IMG/VR virus record: IMGVR_UViG_3300043464_001836
Coordinates: 32,002 to 96,001 of that record
Source of the DNA: a virus
Lineage: Duplodnaviria; Heunggongvirae; Uroviricota; Caudoviricetes
Strand: one strand, 5' to 3'
Length of the DNA stretch: 64,000 nt
In this document: positions 55,901-64,000 of the stretch, in pieces
Layout of the letters: every line of letters begins with the position of its first letter
How positions within the stretch are numbered: position 1 is the first letter of the stretch
The notes under the pieces: model-generated
What the model saw: only the letters and a program-made list of their open reading frames with translations
Told to the model about the DNA's origin: nothing
Database searches by the model: none
Translations under genes and position numbers: made by a program

Positions 55901-56086
55901 AAACGTCAAAAACGTCAAAAACGTCAAAAACGTCAAAAACGTCAAAAACGTCAAAAACGTCAAAAACGTCAAAAACGTCAAAAACGTCAAAAACGTCAAA
56001 AACGTCAAAAACGTCAAAAACGCCAAAAACGTCAAAAACGCCAAAAACGTCAAAAACATCAAAAACATCAAAAACATCAAAAACAT
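55901..56086. repeat. Tandem 9-bp repeat (CAAAAACGT)n, about 20 copies, degenerating into CAAAAACAT x4
   Basis: Read directly from the sequence. The ORFs overlapping this stretch are repeat-translation artefacts. Confidence 0.85.
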
Positions 56087-56877
56087 GGATGCGAATGATT
56101 CTCACTAACTTCCTGGAAAACAACAAATCCACATTGTCTCACGCCGGCGGTAGGCTTGTCAATAACTCTAGAGGGTTATTTACAAAAAACTTTTTTCGTG
56201 GTAGCCATAAGAAAAACTTATAGCCATATAAAAAAATTTCATAGGCCGGCCTGGTGGATAGTATTTTTCTAGTGCTGTCAAATAAAATTTTTCTATAGCA
56301 AAAAACGCTTGTAAGTCTTTGATTCTAAAGAGAAATCCTAGAATCGACGTTCTCCTGCTGGCCTACACCCTGCTATCAATAAAGGGGAAAACGCCTCAAA
56401 ACGCCTCAAAACGCCTATAAACGGCAGTTGCGAAAAAACCACACTTTTTTGCAGGAAATTTGACCGTTAGCGTTTTTCGTGCTAGTGAAAAACCGCGCTT
56501 GACTACCTGCCAAATATCGTGCTATTCGTGCATGAAAAAATAATTGTTGCGCTTGGCTGATTATTGTGTTATCGCGTACACGTCTAAAGACTAAAAAGAG
56601 GCCGGAAAGAAAAAAGCCTTTAAAATCAAAGACTTAAAATTATTTTGAAATATCTTCAAAATTTTTTGAAAAACGCTTTACAGGGTCAGTCATAGTCTGG
56701 ATAATTCATCACATCGAAACAGCAACAGCAGCAAGGCAAGGCAAGGCAAGGCCTCCGGGCCATGCTGGCCAGGCCCTCGCTCTTTAAAAATTTGGAAAAA
56801 TCGGCTTTCTCCGGCGAGAGTATCAAATAGATGCCGCTTTAATAGGCGGCATTATTGGATAATTTTGTCCGAATTAA

Positions 56878-57087
56878 TTGGAGTTTATCATGATTGAAGT
56901 AATGGTTAATGGTAAATGGTTTGCAGTTCGTCAATCTTGCGGGATTTACCAGAAAATGATCTACGTAGAGTCTGGACACGGCATTTATTCCGGTTTTGAT
57001 GAACTGTCCAATATTCAAGGTTGGAAATTGGATGGGGAAATATCCAATTATGCTACCTGTAAGCAATTGCTCAAATTTACACGGTAA
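56878..57087 (+). CDS. hypothetical protein (GC-richer island)
   Basis: ORF whose codon usage differs from the rest of the window. Confidence 0.35.
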   Translation: MEFIMIEVMVNGKWFAVRQSCGIYQKMIYVESGHGIYSGFDELSNIQGWKLDGEISNYATCKQLLKFTR

Positions 57088-57186
57088 GAACTAATCAGGC
57101 ATTAACGCTTAATAATTAGGCGTTAATACCGGGCTATTTCAAAAAACCCGATTTCCCGTTTTTCAATTTTTTTTGGAGTAAATAGC

Positions 57187-57606
57187 ATGGCCGAAAGCAA
57201 AAAAACCCCGACGTGGACGCCGGAACAGACTGTTTCTCTTGTGGCCGCATGGGATGCGGTTAACCGGGACAATAAGCGTATCGACGAAGTAGCGGCAAAG
57301 ATGGGCCGTAGTGCCGCGTCCTGCCGCATGAAGCTTGTTCGGGAAGGCTTGTATCAAAAAGCGGAAAATCTGACAAAAACGGGGGAAAGCGTAATTTCCC
57401 GCGAGGAATTGGCTGATTCTATCGCCGCCTATCTGCCCGCCACCGTTTCTGATGACGTTAGCAGCCTCGCCAAGACGAATAAGCGAATTCTCAAAGCAAT
57501 CAAAAAATTGCTGGATGAAAACGCTCAATTCCGGAAAGCGGCAATGGAATCTTTCGAGACTGACGCGGAAACCGTGGAAACGGAAAACCCGGAATTGGCT
57601 GATTAA
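57187..57606 (+). CDS. hypothetical protein (island)
   Basis: ORF followed by a terminator. Confidence 0.4.
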   Translation: MAESKKTPTWTPEQTVSLVAAWDAVNRDNKRIDEVAAKMGRSAASCRMKLVREGLYQKAENLTKTGESVISREELADSIAAYLPATVSDDVSSLAKTNKRILKAIKKLLDENAQFRKAAMESFETDAETVETENPELAD

Positions 57607-57613
57607 TTAATCC

Positions 57614-57640
57614 ACGCCGGGGCAATTCCCGGCGTTTTAG
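57614..57640 (+). terminator. Rho-independent terminator
   Basis: CGCCGGGGCAATTCCCGGCGTTTT. Confidence 0.6.
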
Positions 57641-57733
57641 GAAATCAAAATGCGCTTATCAATATTTGTGGCGATTGTTTCGTGTCTTAGTTTTATCACG
57701 GCATTAATCAATTTTTTCTGTAAAGGTTAACCA

Positions 57734-57997
57734 ATGGAAATCTTGCCATACTTAGGAATTATGCTATTGACTGCCGGAAGTGTAGGCATTCGAGTTGCGC
57801 AGCAATTAAACGTAACCCGTGGATACTTTATTAGGGCATTCTTTACAAGTTACGTGTTCACGGCATTTGATGCCTTAGTCGTTGGAGTGTATGCAAAGTT
57901 AATGCTAGACGGCGACTATATCAAATTGATATTCGCCGGTACTGGTTCCGCATTAGGTGGACTAATTGTAATGTTTTTTTATAGGAAATCGAAATAA
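57734..57997 (+). CDS. small membrane protein (island)
   Basis: Two to three hydrophobic helices. Confidence 0.4.
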   Translation: MEILPYLGIMLLTAGSVGIRVAQQLNVTRGYFIRAFFTSYVFTAFDALVVGVYAKLMLDGDYIKLIFAGTGSALGGLIVMFFYRKSK

Positions 57998-58701
57998 TGG
58001 CAAAGAAGGCATGGTATTTGCTGGTTGATACCGAGACTACCCTATCGGGGCGCGTGGTTGATTTTGGCGCCATTATCGTTGATAGAAATGGGGAAATTCA
58101 TAAAAGAATCGCCGTATTAATCAAGGGCATTTTCGGCGTGGAAGAATTGTTTTTTGATGTTAATTCCAAAGACGAAATTTGGACAAAACGCGGATTGGAG
58201 AAACGGAATCAGAATTACGTGGAACATTTGAATAATGGAACACGAATGCTTGCGAGTGTATCGGCCATTAATAAATGGCTTATGCAAGCAATGATAACTT
58301 ATTCTCCAAGTGTAACCGCTTTCAATCTTGCTTTTGACAAAGACAAATGCCAAAAAACCGGAATTGACTTATCCATCTTTACCGATCAATTCTGTTTATG
58401 GCATCTTGCTTGCGGCCATTATGCGAACACGAAAGCTTACCGCGCGTTTATTCTGGATAACCATTGTATTAATCCGCCCACGGAATTGCGCAATTGCACG
58501 TATCAGACTAATGCCGAAGTAATGGCGTCTTATCTTTCCGGTGGCATGTTGCCACCGGAGCCGCATACAAGTTTGGAAGACTGTATCGACTACGAGTTGC
58601 CGATATTGAGAGCCATTCTCAAACGTAAAAAATGGCGTGAGAGGATAAAGCCGTATAACTGGCGGGATTATCAAATTCGGGATGCCTTCGTTGCAAAGTA
58701 G
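57997..58701 (+). CDS. DEDDh 3-prime-5-prime exonuclease (DnaQ/oligoribonuclease-like)
   Basis: Exo I LLVDTETT, Exo II FNLAFD, Exo III HTSLEDC (H-x4-D). Confidence 0.6.
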   Translation: MAKKAWYLLVDTETTLSGRVVDFGAIIVDRNGEIHKRIAVLIKGIFGVEELFFDVNSKDEIWTKRGLEKRNQNYVEHLNNGTRMLASVSAINKWLMQAMITYSPSVTAFNLAFDKDKCQKTGIDLSIFTDQFCLWHLACGHYANTKAYRAFILDNHCINPPTELRNCTYQTNAEVMASYLSGGMLPPEPHTSLEDCIDYELPILRAILKRKKWRERIKPYNWRDYQIRDAFVAK

Positions 58702-58714
58702 GACAGGAACCACC

Positions 58715-58828
58715 GGCCTGTGGTGGCCTGTGGTGGCCTGTGGTGGCCTGTGGTGGCCTGTGGTGGCCTGGGGTGGCCTGGGGTGGCCTGGGGTGGCCTG
58801 GGGTGGCCTGGGGTGGCCTGGGGTGGCC
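58715..58828. repeat. Tandem 8-bp repeat (GGCCTGTG x5, then GGCCTGGG x7)
   Basis: Read directly from the sequence. Intergenic. Confidence 0.85.
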
Positions 58829-58875
58829 TGGGGTGGCAGTAAAAACTTTTCTTTTATCTTTTTGGGGTAATTAGC

Positions 58876-59157
58876 ATGAACAAAAAACAGTTCGCAGAAA
58901 TTGGTGGTAAAGTTTTTCATTTTCCGGCCTATGGCATTACCATTGCAATTCGAGAGGCATGTAAAAACGGCGATTTTCTGCACTTTGCCATCGCACAATG
59001 CAGCAATGCGGACACCTACAGCAAGAAACGCGGAAAACGCATTGCACTAGGTTATATGTCTGTAGGTGGTTATATGGCAATTAGGAAGGGGAAACTGCAA
59101 AGCATGCGAAAGCATGCCGAATACATCGCGGCATTTTTTGGCAATGGGACGAATTGA
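58876..59157 (+). CDS. hypothetical protein (island)
   Basis: ORF followed by a hairpin. Confidence 0.4.
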   Translation: MNKKQFAEIGGKVFHFPAYGITIAIREACKNGDFLHFAIAQCSNADTYSKKRGKRIALGYMSVGGYMAIRKGKLQSMRKHAEYIAAFFGNGTN

Positions 59158-59379
59158 TTAATTAACCGGAATTCGCCAGCCTAATAAGCTGGCGAATTAA
59201 TAGAATGAAAAATTCAATAATACAGCCAATCTTCTATCCTATCTTATGGAAAGAATATTGTAGAGTTATGCGAATTCACCCATATAGTCAATGGGAGTAT
59301 TTAAAGAAGCATAAACAGGATTATATGGATTTCATAGCCTTATATTTGAATTACGATCAAGTAACCGGGGTGAAATAAA

Positions 59380-59571
59380 ATGCCAGCCTATACATTCTTA
59401 ATTCGTCGTAATGGAATGAATTATTTTGTTTTAGTGCGGGGATTAAAATTCGATTACATCAGACAGGAAACCTATTACGCCACAATCAAAAAACTTTGTA
59501 AGCAATTAAAAACTGAAAAAGCGGCAATTGCTTATATTGATAAAATGAAAAAATTATTGGGCGACGAATAA
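59380..59571 (+). CDS. hypothetical protein (island)
   Basis: ORF followed by a hairpin. Confidence 0.35.
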   Translation: MPAYTFLIRRNGMNYFVLVRGLKFDYIRQETYYATIKKLCKQLKTEKAAIAYIDKMKKLLGDE

Positions 59572-60030
59572 AAACCGCTTGCAAAGTGTACGGAAAGCCG
59601 GATAGAATATCGGCTTTCCAATACAGGATGAATGAGATGAAAAAAATCCTTGCATTTTCTGAGTATCAGCGGGTTAACTTCTATAAGACTCGCCGTGTTT
59701 CGTTTTTTCAAATTTTGGTCGATATATTATTCCGGTAAAAAACGCTTGACAAAATCGCGGACACCTGCTACACCGCGATTTTGTCAGTTGTTTCACTTTT
59801 ATCACTTCCAGGGGGGCGGTTATCAGACTTTTCATTTTCCGTAACCCTATCGCACCCCCGCGCGCGGTAAATTAAAAAATTTATCAAAACTAGAATATAT
59901 TGTACTGTACTGTACTGACCCCAAACTGTAAATCTTGTCAGTTTGTTCTAGTTAAAAATAGGCTTGATTTTATATTCGTATTATTGTAGAATGCACTAAC
60001 AGTTAAAAATTCTACTACCAAAAGAAGGCC

Positions 60031-60477
60031 ATGTCAACCAACGAAATAGTTCCCATCTCCCCTGAGTCTCTAGAAATAATGCAAGTGTACCTTAGCACTC
60101 AGTCAATCGCTGAAACTGCTAGGCGTTTAGGTATACATGATACTCTAGTGTCCCAATATTTAAATAAGCCCGAAGTTAAAAGATACCTAGACCACGTATA
60201 CCTAAGTAGCGGGTACCGAAATAGGGATAAGATAGCAGAAGTTATGGACTCGGTTATCGAGACTAAACTCTCTGAGATGGTAGAAACTGGTCTAGGTAGT
60301 ACTAAAGATATTGCAGACTTGCTGACGCTAGCTCATAAGATGCGTATGGACGAATTAAAGGCTATTACGGAATACGAAAAAGCTAAAGAAGGTTCTAGTA
60401 TCAAAAAGCAAACCAATATTCAAATCAACAATAACCAGCCTAATTACTCAGACTTACTTGGAAAACTGTTAGGCTAA
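60031..60477 (+). CDS. Terminase small subunit-like HTH protein
   Basis: N-terminal HTH SIAETARRLGIHDTLVSQYLNKPEV. Located upstream of the terminase large subunit. Confidence 0.45.
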   Translation: MSTNEIVPISPESLEIMQVYLSTQSIAETARRLGIHDTLVSQYLNKPEVKRYLDHVYLSSGYRNRDKIAEVMDSVIETKLSEMVETGLGSTKDIADLLTLAHKMRMDELKAITEYEKAKEGSSIKKQTNIQINNNQPNYSDLLGKLLG

Positions 60478-60520
60478 TTAAAAACTACTAGCCTACTAAG
60501 GCTAATTTAAGGAGAAATAA

Positions 60521-61354
60521 ATGAGCTTCCCAATTTTTAGAAATTCATACGAGTGGACTACTGTAACTACTAGTGGTGAAAACATTCGTGCCACTAACCG
60601 CAAAACCGGCGAAACCTTCACAGGTACTCTAGCCGCTTTCGATGAACTAATGAACGATAGACTAGAAGGTATCGGTCTAGTTGCCCAGTCTACTATTCCC
60701 GTCGGCATCGCCCCAAGTGGTTCAGTTGCCCCTAATGGAGCTATTACTCTAGGTACAGCTCTACCAGTTATCTACTCTAGTGGTATCTGGCTAGCTCTAC
60801 CTGCTGATGCTGCTTATACTGATGCACCCGCCGGAACCTATTGGTGTGTAATGTCTAGCACTACTGTTGGTACTGTATACGACGAAGTGCTAGTTGGCGT
60901 TCCTACTATTCCTAGCGCCCCTACAGCAATCGTAGATGCTCGCGAAGCAACTAACTACACTGGCGTTACTACTGAAGTTGCCCTAGTTACTGCTACTGTA
61001 GCTGGCGGACTAGTTGGTGCTAACGGTTCCATCAAGATTAACTTCGCTGGATCGCAGAACTCTTCTGCTGGTGCTAAGACCTATGTAGTTAAGGGTGGAG
61101 CAGGAACCTGGCTATCTAGCGCTGCTACTACAACCGCTTCAGCTCTATACGACTTTACTGTTGGTAACCGCGGTAGTGCTGCTGTTAACTTTAGTACTGG
61201 CGTAAACGCTAATGGCCTAGGTGCTCGTGGTTTCCTAGCAACTACTGTAGATACTGCTAGCAACTTCAACGTTACTTTCAACGCTACTCTAGCCGTTGCT
61301 ACTGACTACGTTCTTTATGAGCACGTAGAAGTCCTAGTAGCCCCCAAACTGTAA
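60521..61354 (+). CDS. Gly/Ala/Thr-rich putative virion structural protein
   Basis: Low-complexity beta-rich composition. A strong hairpin terminator follows. Confidence 0.4.
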   Translation: MSFPIFRNSYEWTTVTTSGENIRATNRKTGETFTGTLAAFDELMNDRLEGIGLVAQSTIPVGIAPSGSVAPNGAITLGTALPVIYSSGIWLALPADAAYTDAPAGTYWCVMSSTTVGTVYDEVLVGVPTIPSAPTAIVDAREATNYTGVTTEVALVTATVAGGLVGANGSIKINFAGSQNSSAGAKTYVVKGGAGTWLSSAATTTASALYDFTVGNRGSAAVNFSTGVNANGLGARGFLATTVDTASNFNVTFNATLAVATDYVLYEHVEVLVAPKL

Positions 61355-61524
61355 AAACTTAGTAGGCCGGTGATTTATATGCACCAGCCTACTAACCTTT
61401 AATTATTCTTAAGTGTTCCTACGAATGCTTAAGAATAATTAACGGAGGTGACACGGAGTTGCAACTCCTTCTAGGTTCCTAACTAGATAGCCTCCACCTA
61501 CATAGTCCTATAGGAGGGACAAAA

Positions 61525-62244
61525 ATGATTGATGATAAATTAGTAGAAGAGATTTACGCTGCGTTAGTTGAACGGTTTGGTATTAGTGAAATATTCTTGC
61601 CTAAGAGGGGTAAGAATAGACCATTAGATATAACTTGGAAGGACTTTATTAAAGCTGCTTTAGAGCTAGAGCCAACAGAGTTATATAGCTTCTGTGGTTA
61701 TGCTAATAAAGTTAATTTTAGCAAGGGGCTAAAGAATACACATCCTAATATAATGCTAGATAAAGATGGAAGACATTGGGCAGGGTACTTACTATGTCTA
61801 GTTGGCTATAAACTATGCCCAGAATGTGGTGAAGTGCTACCTACATCAGTATTTAGTCACAGTAATAGTACAAAAGATGGATTACAGTCTACCTGTAAAG
61901 GCTGCGACGCTACCTCTAGGGAAGCAAATAAAGAATACTTTAAAGAGTACTCTAAAAAATATTACGCAGCAAATAAAGAATACTTTAAAGAGTACTATGA
62001 AAGTAACAAGCACCTGTATATAGCTTATAGTGCGAAACGCAGAGCTTCAAAGCTTAAAGCGACCCCAAAATGGGCAAACCTGGTAGCCATAAAAGAAATT
62101 TACCAAACATGCCCAGAGGGGTATCATGTAGACCATATAATTCCACTTCAAGGTAAATTAGTGTGTGGTCTTCATTGTGAGTTCAATCTACAGCATCTTC
62201 TAGCTAGTGAGAATTTAATTAAAGGTAATAGGTTCGAAGTATGA
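61525..62244 (+). CDS. HNH homing endonuclease (family 1 paralog) between the terminase genes
   Basis: Shared N- and C-terminal modules. Confidence 0.8.
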   Translation: MIDDKLVEEIYAALVERFGISEIFLPKRGKNRPLDITWKDFIKAALELEPTELYSFCGYANKVNFSKGLKNTHPNIMLDKDGRHWAGYLLCLVGYKLCPECGEVLPTSVFSHSNSTKDGLQSTCKGCDATSREANKEYFKEYSKKYYAANKEYFKEYYESNKHLYIAYSAKRRASKLKATPKWANLVAIKEIYQTCPEGYHVDHIIPLQGKLVCGLHCEFNLQHLLASENLIKGNRFEV

Positions 62245-63536
62245 TAAAAGTATCCAGACCCGATATCAGCAGTACAGAAATTCAACAGTTCTCAGCACAT
62301 GAACGTTTTATTAAGCTTCCTATTGATAAGTACTTAGAATTACTAGGCATGACTCTTAATGCACCTCAAATTGCAATAGTTAATGCGCTTAATAACCCTA
62401 AGTATAGATTCGTTACTGCTGCAGTATCTCGTCGCGTTGGTAAGACTACAATTTCTAACATCATAGCACAAGTAATTACTCTAGTACCTGGAAGTGCGGT
62501 ACTGATCATGTCTCCTAACTACTCCCTTTCTAGTATTTCATTTGAAGAGCAGCGTAAGCTGATCAAGAAATTTGACCTAGAAGTGAGTCGTGATAATATG
62601 AAGGACCGAATGATAGAACTATCTAATGGTTCTAGCATCCGTATGGGTTCCGTATCACAAGTTGACTCAGTTGTTGGCCGTTCATATGACCTCATTCTCT
62701 TTGACGAGGCGGCCTTAACGACTGAGGGTAAAGAGGCGTTCGAAGTTGCTTTAAGGCCTACCCTAGATAAACCTAATTCTAAAGCTATTTTTGTCTCCAC
62801 ACCACGTGGACGCTTAAATTGGTTTTCTCAGTATTGGGAAAACGGGTTCTCCGACCTACCGGCCTATTCTAAGTGGGCTTCAGTTCATGCAGACTATAGA
62901 GCGAATCCTCGCGCAAACGAAGAAGATATTGAAGAAGCTCGCGCTACTATGTCTAAAGCCAAGTTCGAGCAGGAATACATGGCTAGCTTTAGCGTATTCG
63001 AGAATCAGGTATACAAGTTCGATGCCGATGCTAGCGTAGTTGAAGTTGATACTAGCGGAATGGAACATATCATGGGTATCGACGTTGGTTTCCGGGACCC
63101 TACCGCTATGCTAGTTCTAGCGTTTGATGGTGAGAAGTTCTATGCTGTAGACGAGTATCTAGAAGCAAACAGAACAACTGACGAACATGCAGCTGTATGT
63201 AAAGAGCTAGAAAGTAAGTACGACGTACAGGTAATCTTTATTGATTCCGCAGCACAGCAGACTCGCTTCGACTGGGCACAGAATCACGATATCTCTACTA
63301 CTAACGCTACTAAGTCAGTTCTAGATGGTATCGCCTATGTTCAAGCAATTGTGGAGCAAGGTAAGCTAGTTGTTAGTCCTAAGTGTAAACATACGCTAGC
63401 AGCACTAGACCAGTACCGCTGGGATCCTTCACCAAGTCTATTGCGTGAGAAACCACTTCATGACCAGTTTTCCCACGTTGCGGATGCGCTTCGCTATGCG
63501 TTATACAGCTATCGTAGTAACGTTGGCATATATTAA
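62241..63536 (+). CDS. Terminase large subunit
   Basis: Walker A VSRRVGKTT, Walker B LILFDEAA and a C-terminal nuclease-like domain (MGIDVGFRDPTA). ATGA overlap with the HNH gene. Confidence 0.8.
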   Translation: MIKVSRPDISSTEIQQFSAHERFIKLPIDKYLELLGMTLNAPQIAIVNALNNPKYRFVTAAVSRRVGKTTISNIIAQVITLVPGSAVLIMSPNYSLSSISFEEQRKLIKKFDLEVSRDNMKDRMIELSNGSSIRMGSVSQVDSVVGRSYDLILFDEAALTTEGKEAFEVALRPTLDKPNSKAIFVSTPRGRLNWFSQYWENGFSDLPAYSKWASVHADYRANPRANEEDIEEARATMSKAKFEQEYMASFSVFENQVYKFDADASVVEVDTSGMEHIMGIDVGFRDPTAMLVLAFDGEKFYAVDEYLEANRTTDEHAAVCKELESKYDVQVIFIDSAAQQTRFDWAQNHDISTTNATKSVLDGIAYVQAIVEQGKLVVSPKCKHTLAALDQYRWDPSPSLLREKPLHDQFSHVADALRYALYSYRSNVGIY

Positions 63537-63612
63537 AAATGAGCTTGATTTTATTTTTCTATAAGACTATAATGGCACTTATGATAAAAATTTACGAGCA
63601 AGAAAATTACAA

Positions 63613-64000
63613 GTAGAAGAGCATGGCAGCCAACACTGGATTGAAACGTTTAGAAGTAAAGTACGTTCGGGATAAAGCCAAAGCAAGATACCCGCATGGT
63701 GAGGTTTGCGCGATTTGTGGGGCTACAGAGCCATTAGAATTACATCACTACAAATCAGTAACACTACTTTGGGAAGCCTGGAAGAAGGCAACGGGTACTG
63801 AGATTAAAGATGTAGATGATGTGCTATTTCACAGAGACGCCTTTATAGCCGAACATCAGCAAGAATTGTATGTGGACTGCGTAACATTATGTGCTGCACA
63901 CCACGCTAAGCTCCATAGCATTTACGGCCCCAAGCCTATGCTGCACACCGCAGCGAAGCAGGCGAATTGGGTAAAGATTCAAAAGGATAAGAATGCTGGA
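63613..64000 (+). CDS. HNH endonuclease (third family), 3-prime end lies outside the window
   Basis: CAICG...LELHHYKS...LCAAHHAKLH zinc/HNH motif. The ORF runs off the window end. Confidence 0.5.

Noticed and set aside
55901-56086. Possible CRISPR array suggested by regular short repeats here and at 58715..58828 and 43827..43940
   Set aside because: The repeats are contiguous with no spacers, the units are 7-9 bp, and there are no cas genes. These are microsatellite or iteron arrays, not CRISPR.
55800-56223. Four overlapping ORFs in three frames of both strands, translating to VKN/KTS/FLT/DVF repeats
   Set aside because: They are pure translation products of the 9-bp tandem array, have no start context, and all frames are open simply because the repeat lacks stops.
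58396-58998. 200-aa minus-strand ORF with PRPPQATPGHP repeats
   Set aside because: It is an artefact of the 8-bp GGCCTGTG/GGCCTGGG array. It lies antisense to, and overlaps, the well-supported DEDDh exonuclease and the 58876 gene.

Overview
The window looks like a segment of a large virulent T5-like (Demerecviridae-type) phage genome. The call rests on the gene content, which was read by eye from the six-frame track and the raw sequence; no searches were run.

Layout:
- 1..12.9 kb, minus strand, replication module: a family-A DNA polymerase that runs off the window start and carries an in-frame LAGLIDADG intein inside its 3-5 exonuclease Exo III motif; DnaG-like primase; DnaB-like helicase; a small DNA methyltransferase; an NAD-dependent DNA ligase split into two ORFs; a SleB-like wall hydrolase; an HNH endonuclease; a metallophosphoesterase.
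- 13.4..31.2 kb, minus strand, tRNA island: 20 tRNA genes were hand-folded with 18 anticodons assigned (His, Met x2-3, Gln, Glu, Leu x2, Tyr, Ser, Cys, Pro, Ile, Arg, Ala, Gly, Asn, Thr). Several further T-arm signatures could not be resolved. The tRNAs are interleaved with small ORFs, five more HNH endonucleases, a cytidine-deaminase-like protein and two ORF-free stretches of 0.56 kb and 1.25 kb. Two short conserved promoter-leader cassette families recur upstream of the small genes.
- 31.4..34.5 kb, minus strand: a type-IV-prepilin-like peptide, an SPFH lipoprotein with a small membrane partner, a low-molecular-weight tyrosine-phosphatase-like protein and a second metallophosphoesterase.
- 35.1..52.4 kb, plus strand: an Rnl2-like RNA ligase, a SprT-like protease, PhoH, a compact NAD+ salvage cluster (REC-like small protein, Prs-like phosphoribosyl-pyrophosphokinase, macro domain, Nampt-like transferase), ThyX, four more HNH genes with a conserved roughly 75-nt structured leader, a Pnk kinase-domain protein, an Rnl1-like RNA ligase and a four-member family of small Cys-motif proteins.
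- 52.4..56.8 kb: an ORF-poor, repeat-dense zone. It contains about 30 copies of an AGTTTGGGGT motif, three consensus sigma70 promoters driving short hairpin transcripts, GGCGC-containing repeats and a roughly 20-copy 9-bp tandem array.
- 56.8..59.6 kb: a GC-richer, compositionally foreign island encoding a DEDDh exonuclease and small proteins.
- 60.0 kb to the end: start of the packaging module, with a small terminase-like HTH protein, a Gly/Ala/Thr-rich putative structural protein, an HNH gene, the terminase large subunit and a further partial HNH.

All tRNA folds were made by hand and need confirmation with a covariance-model search.
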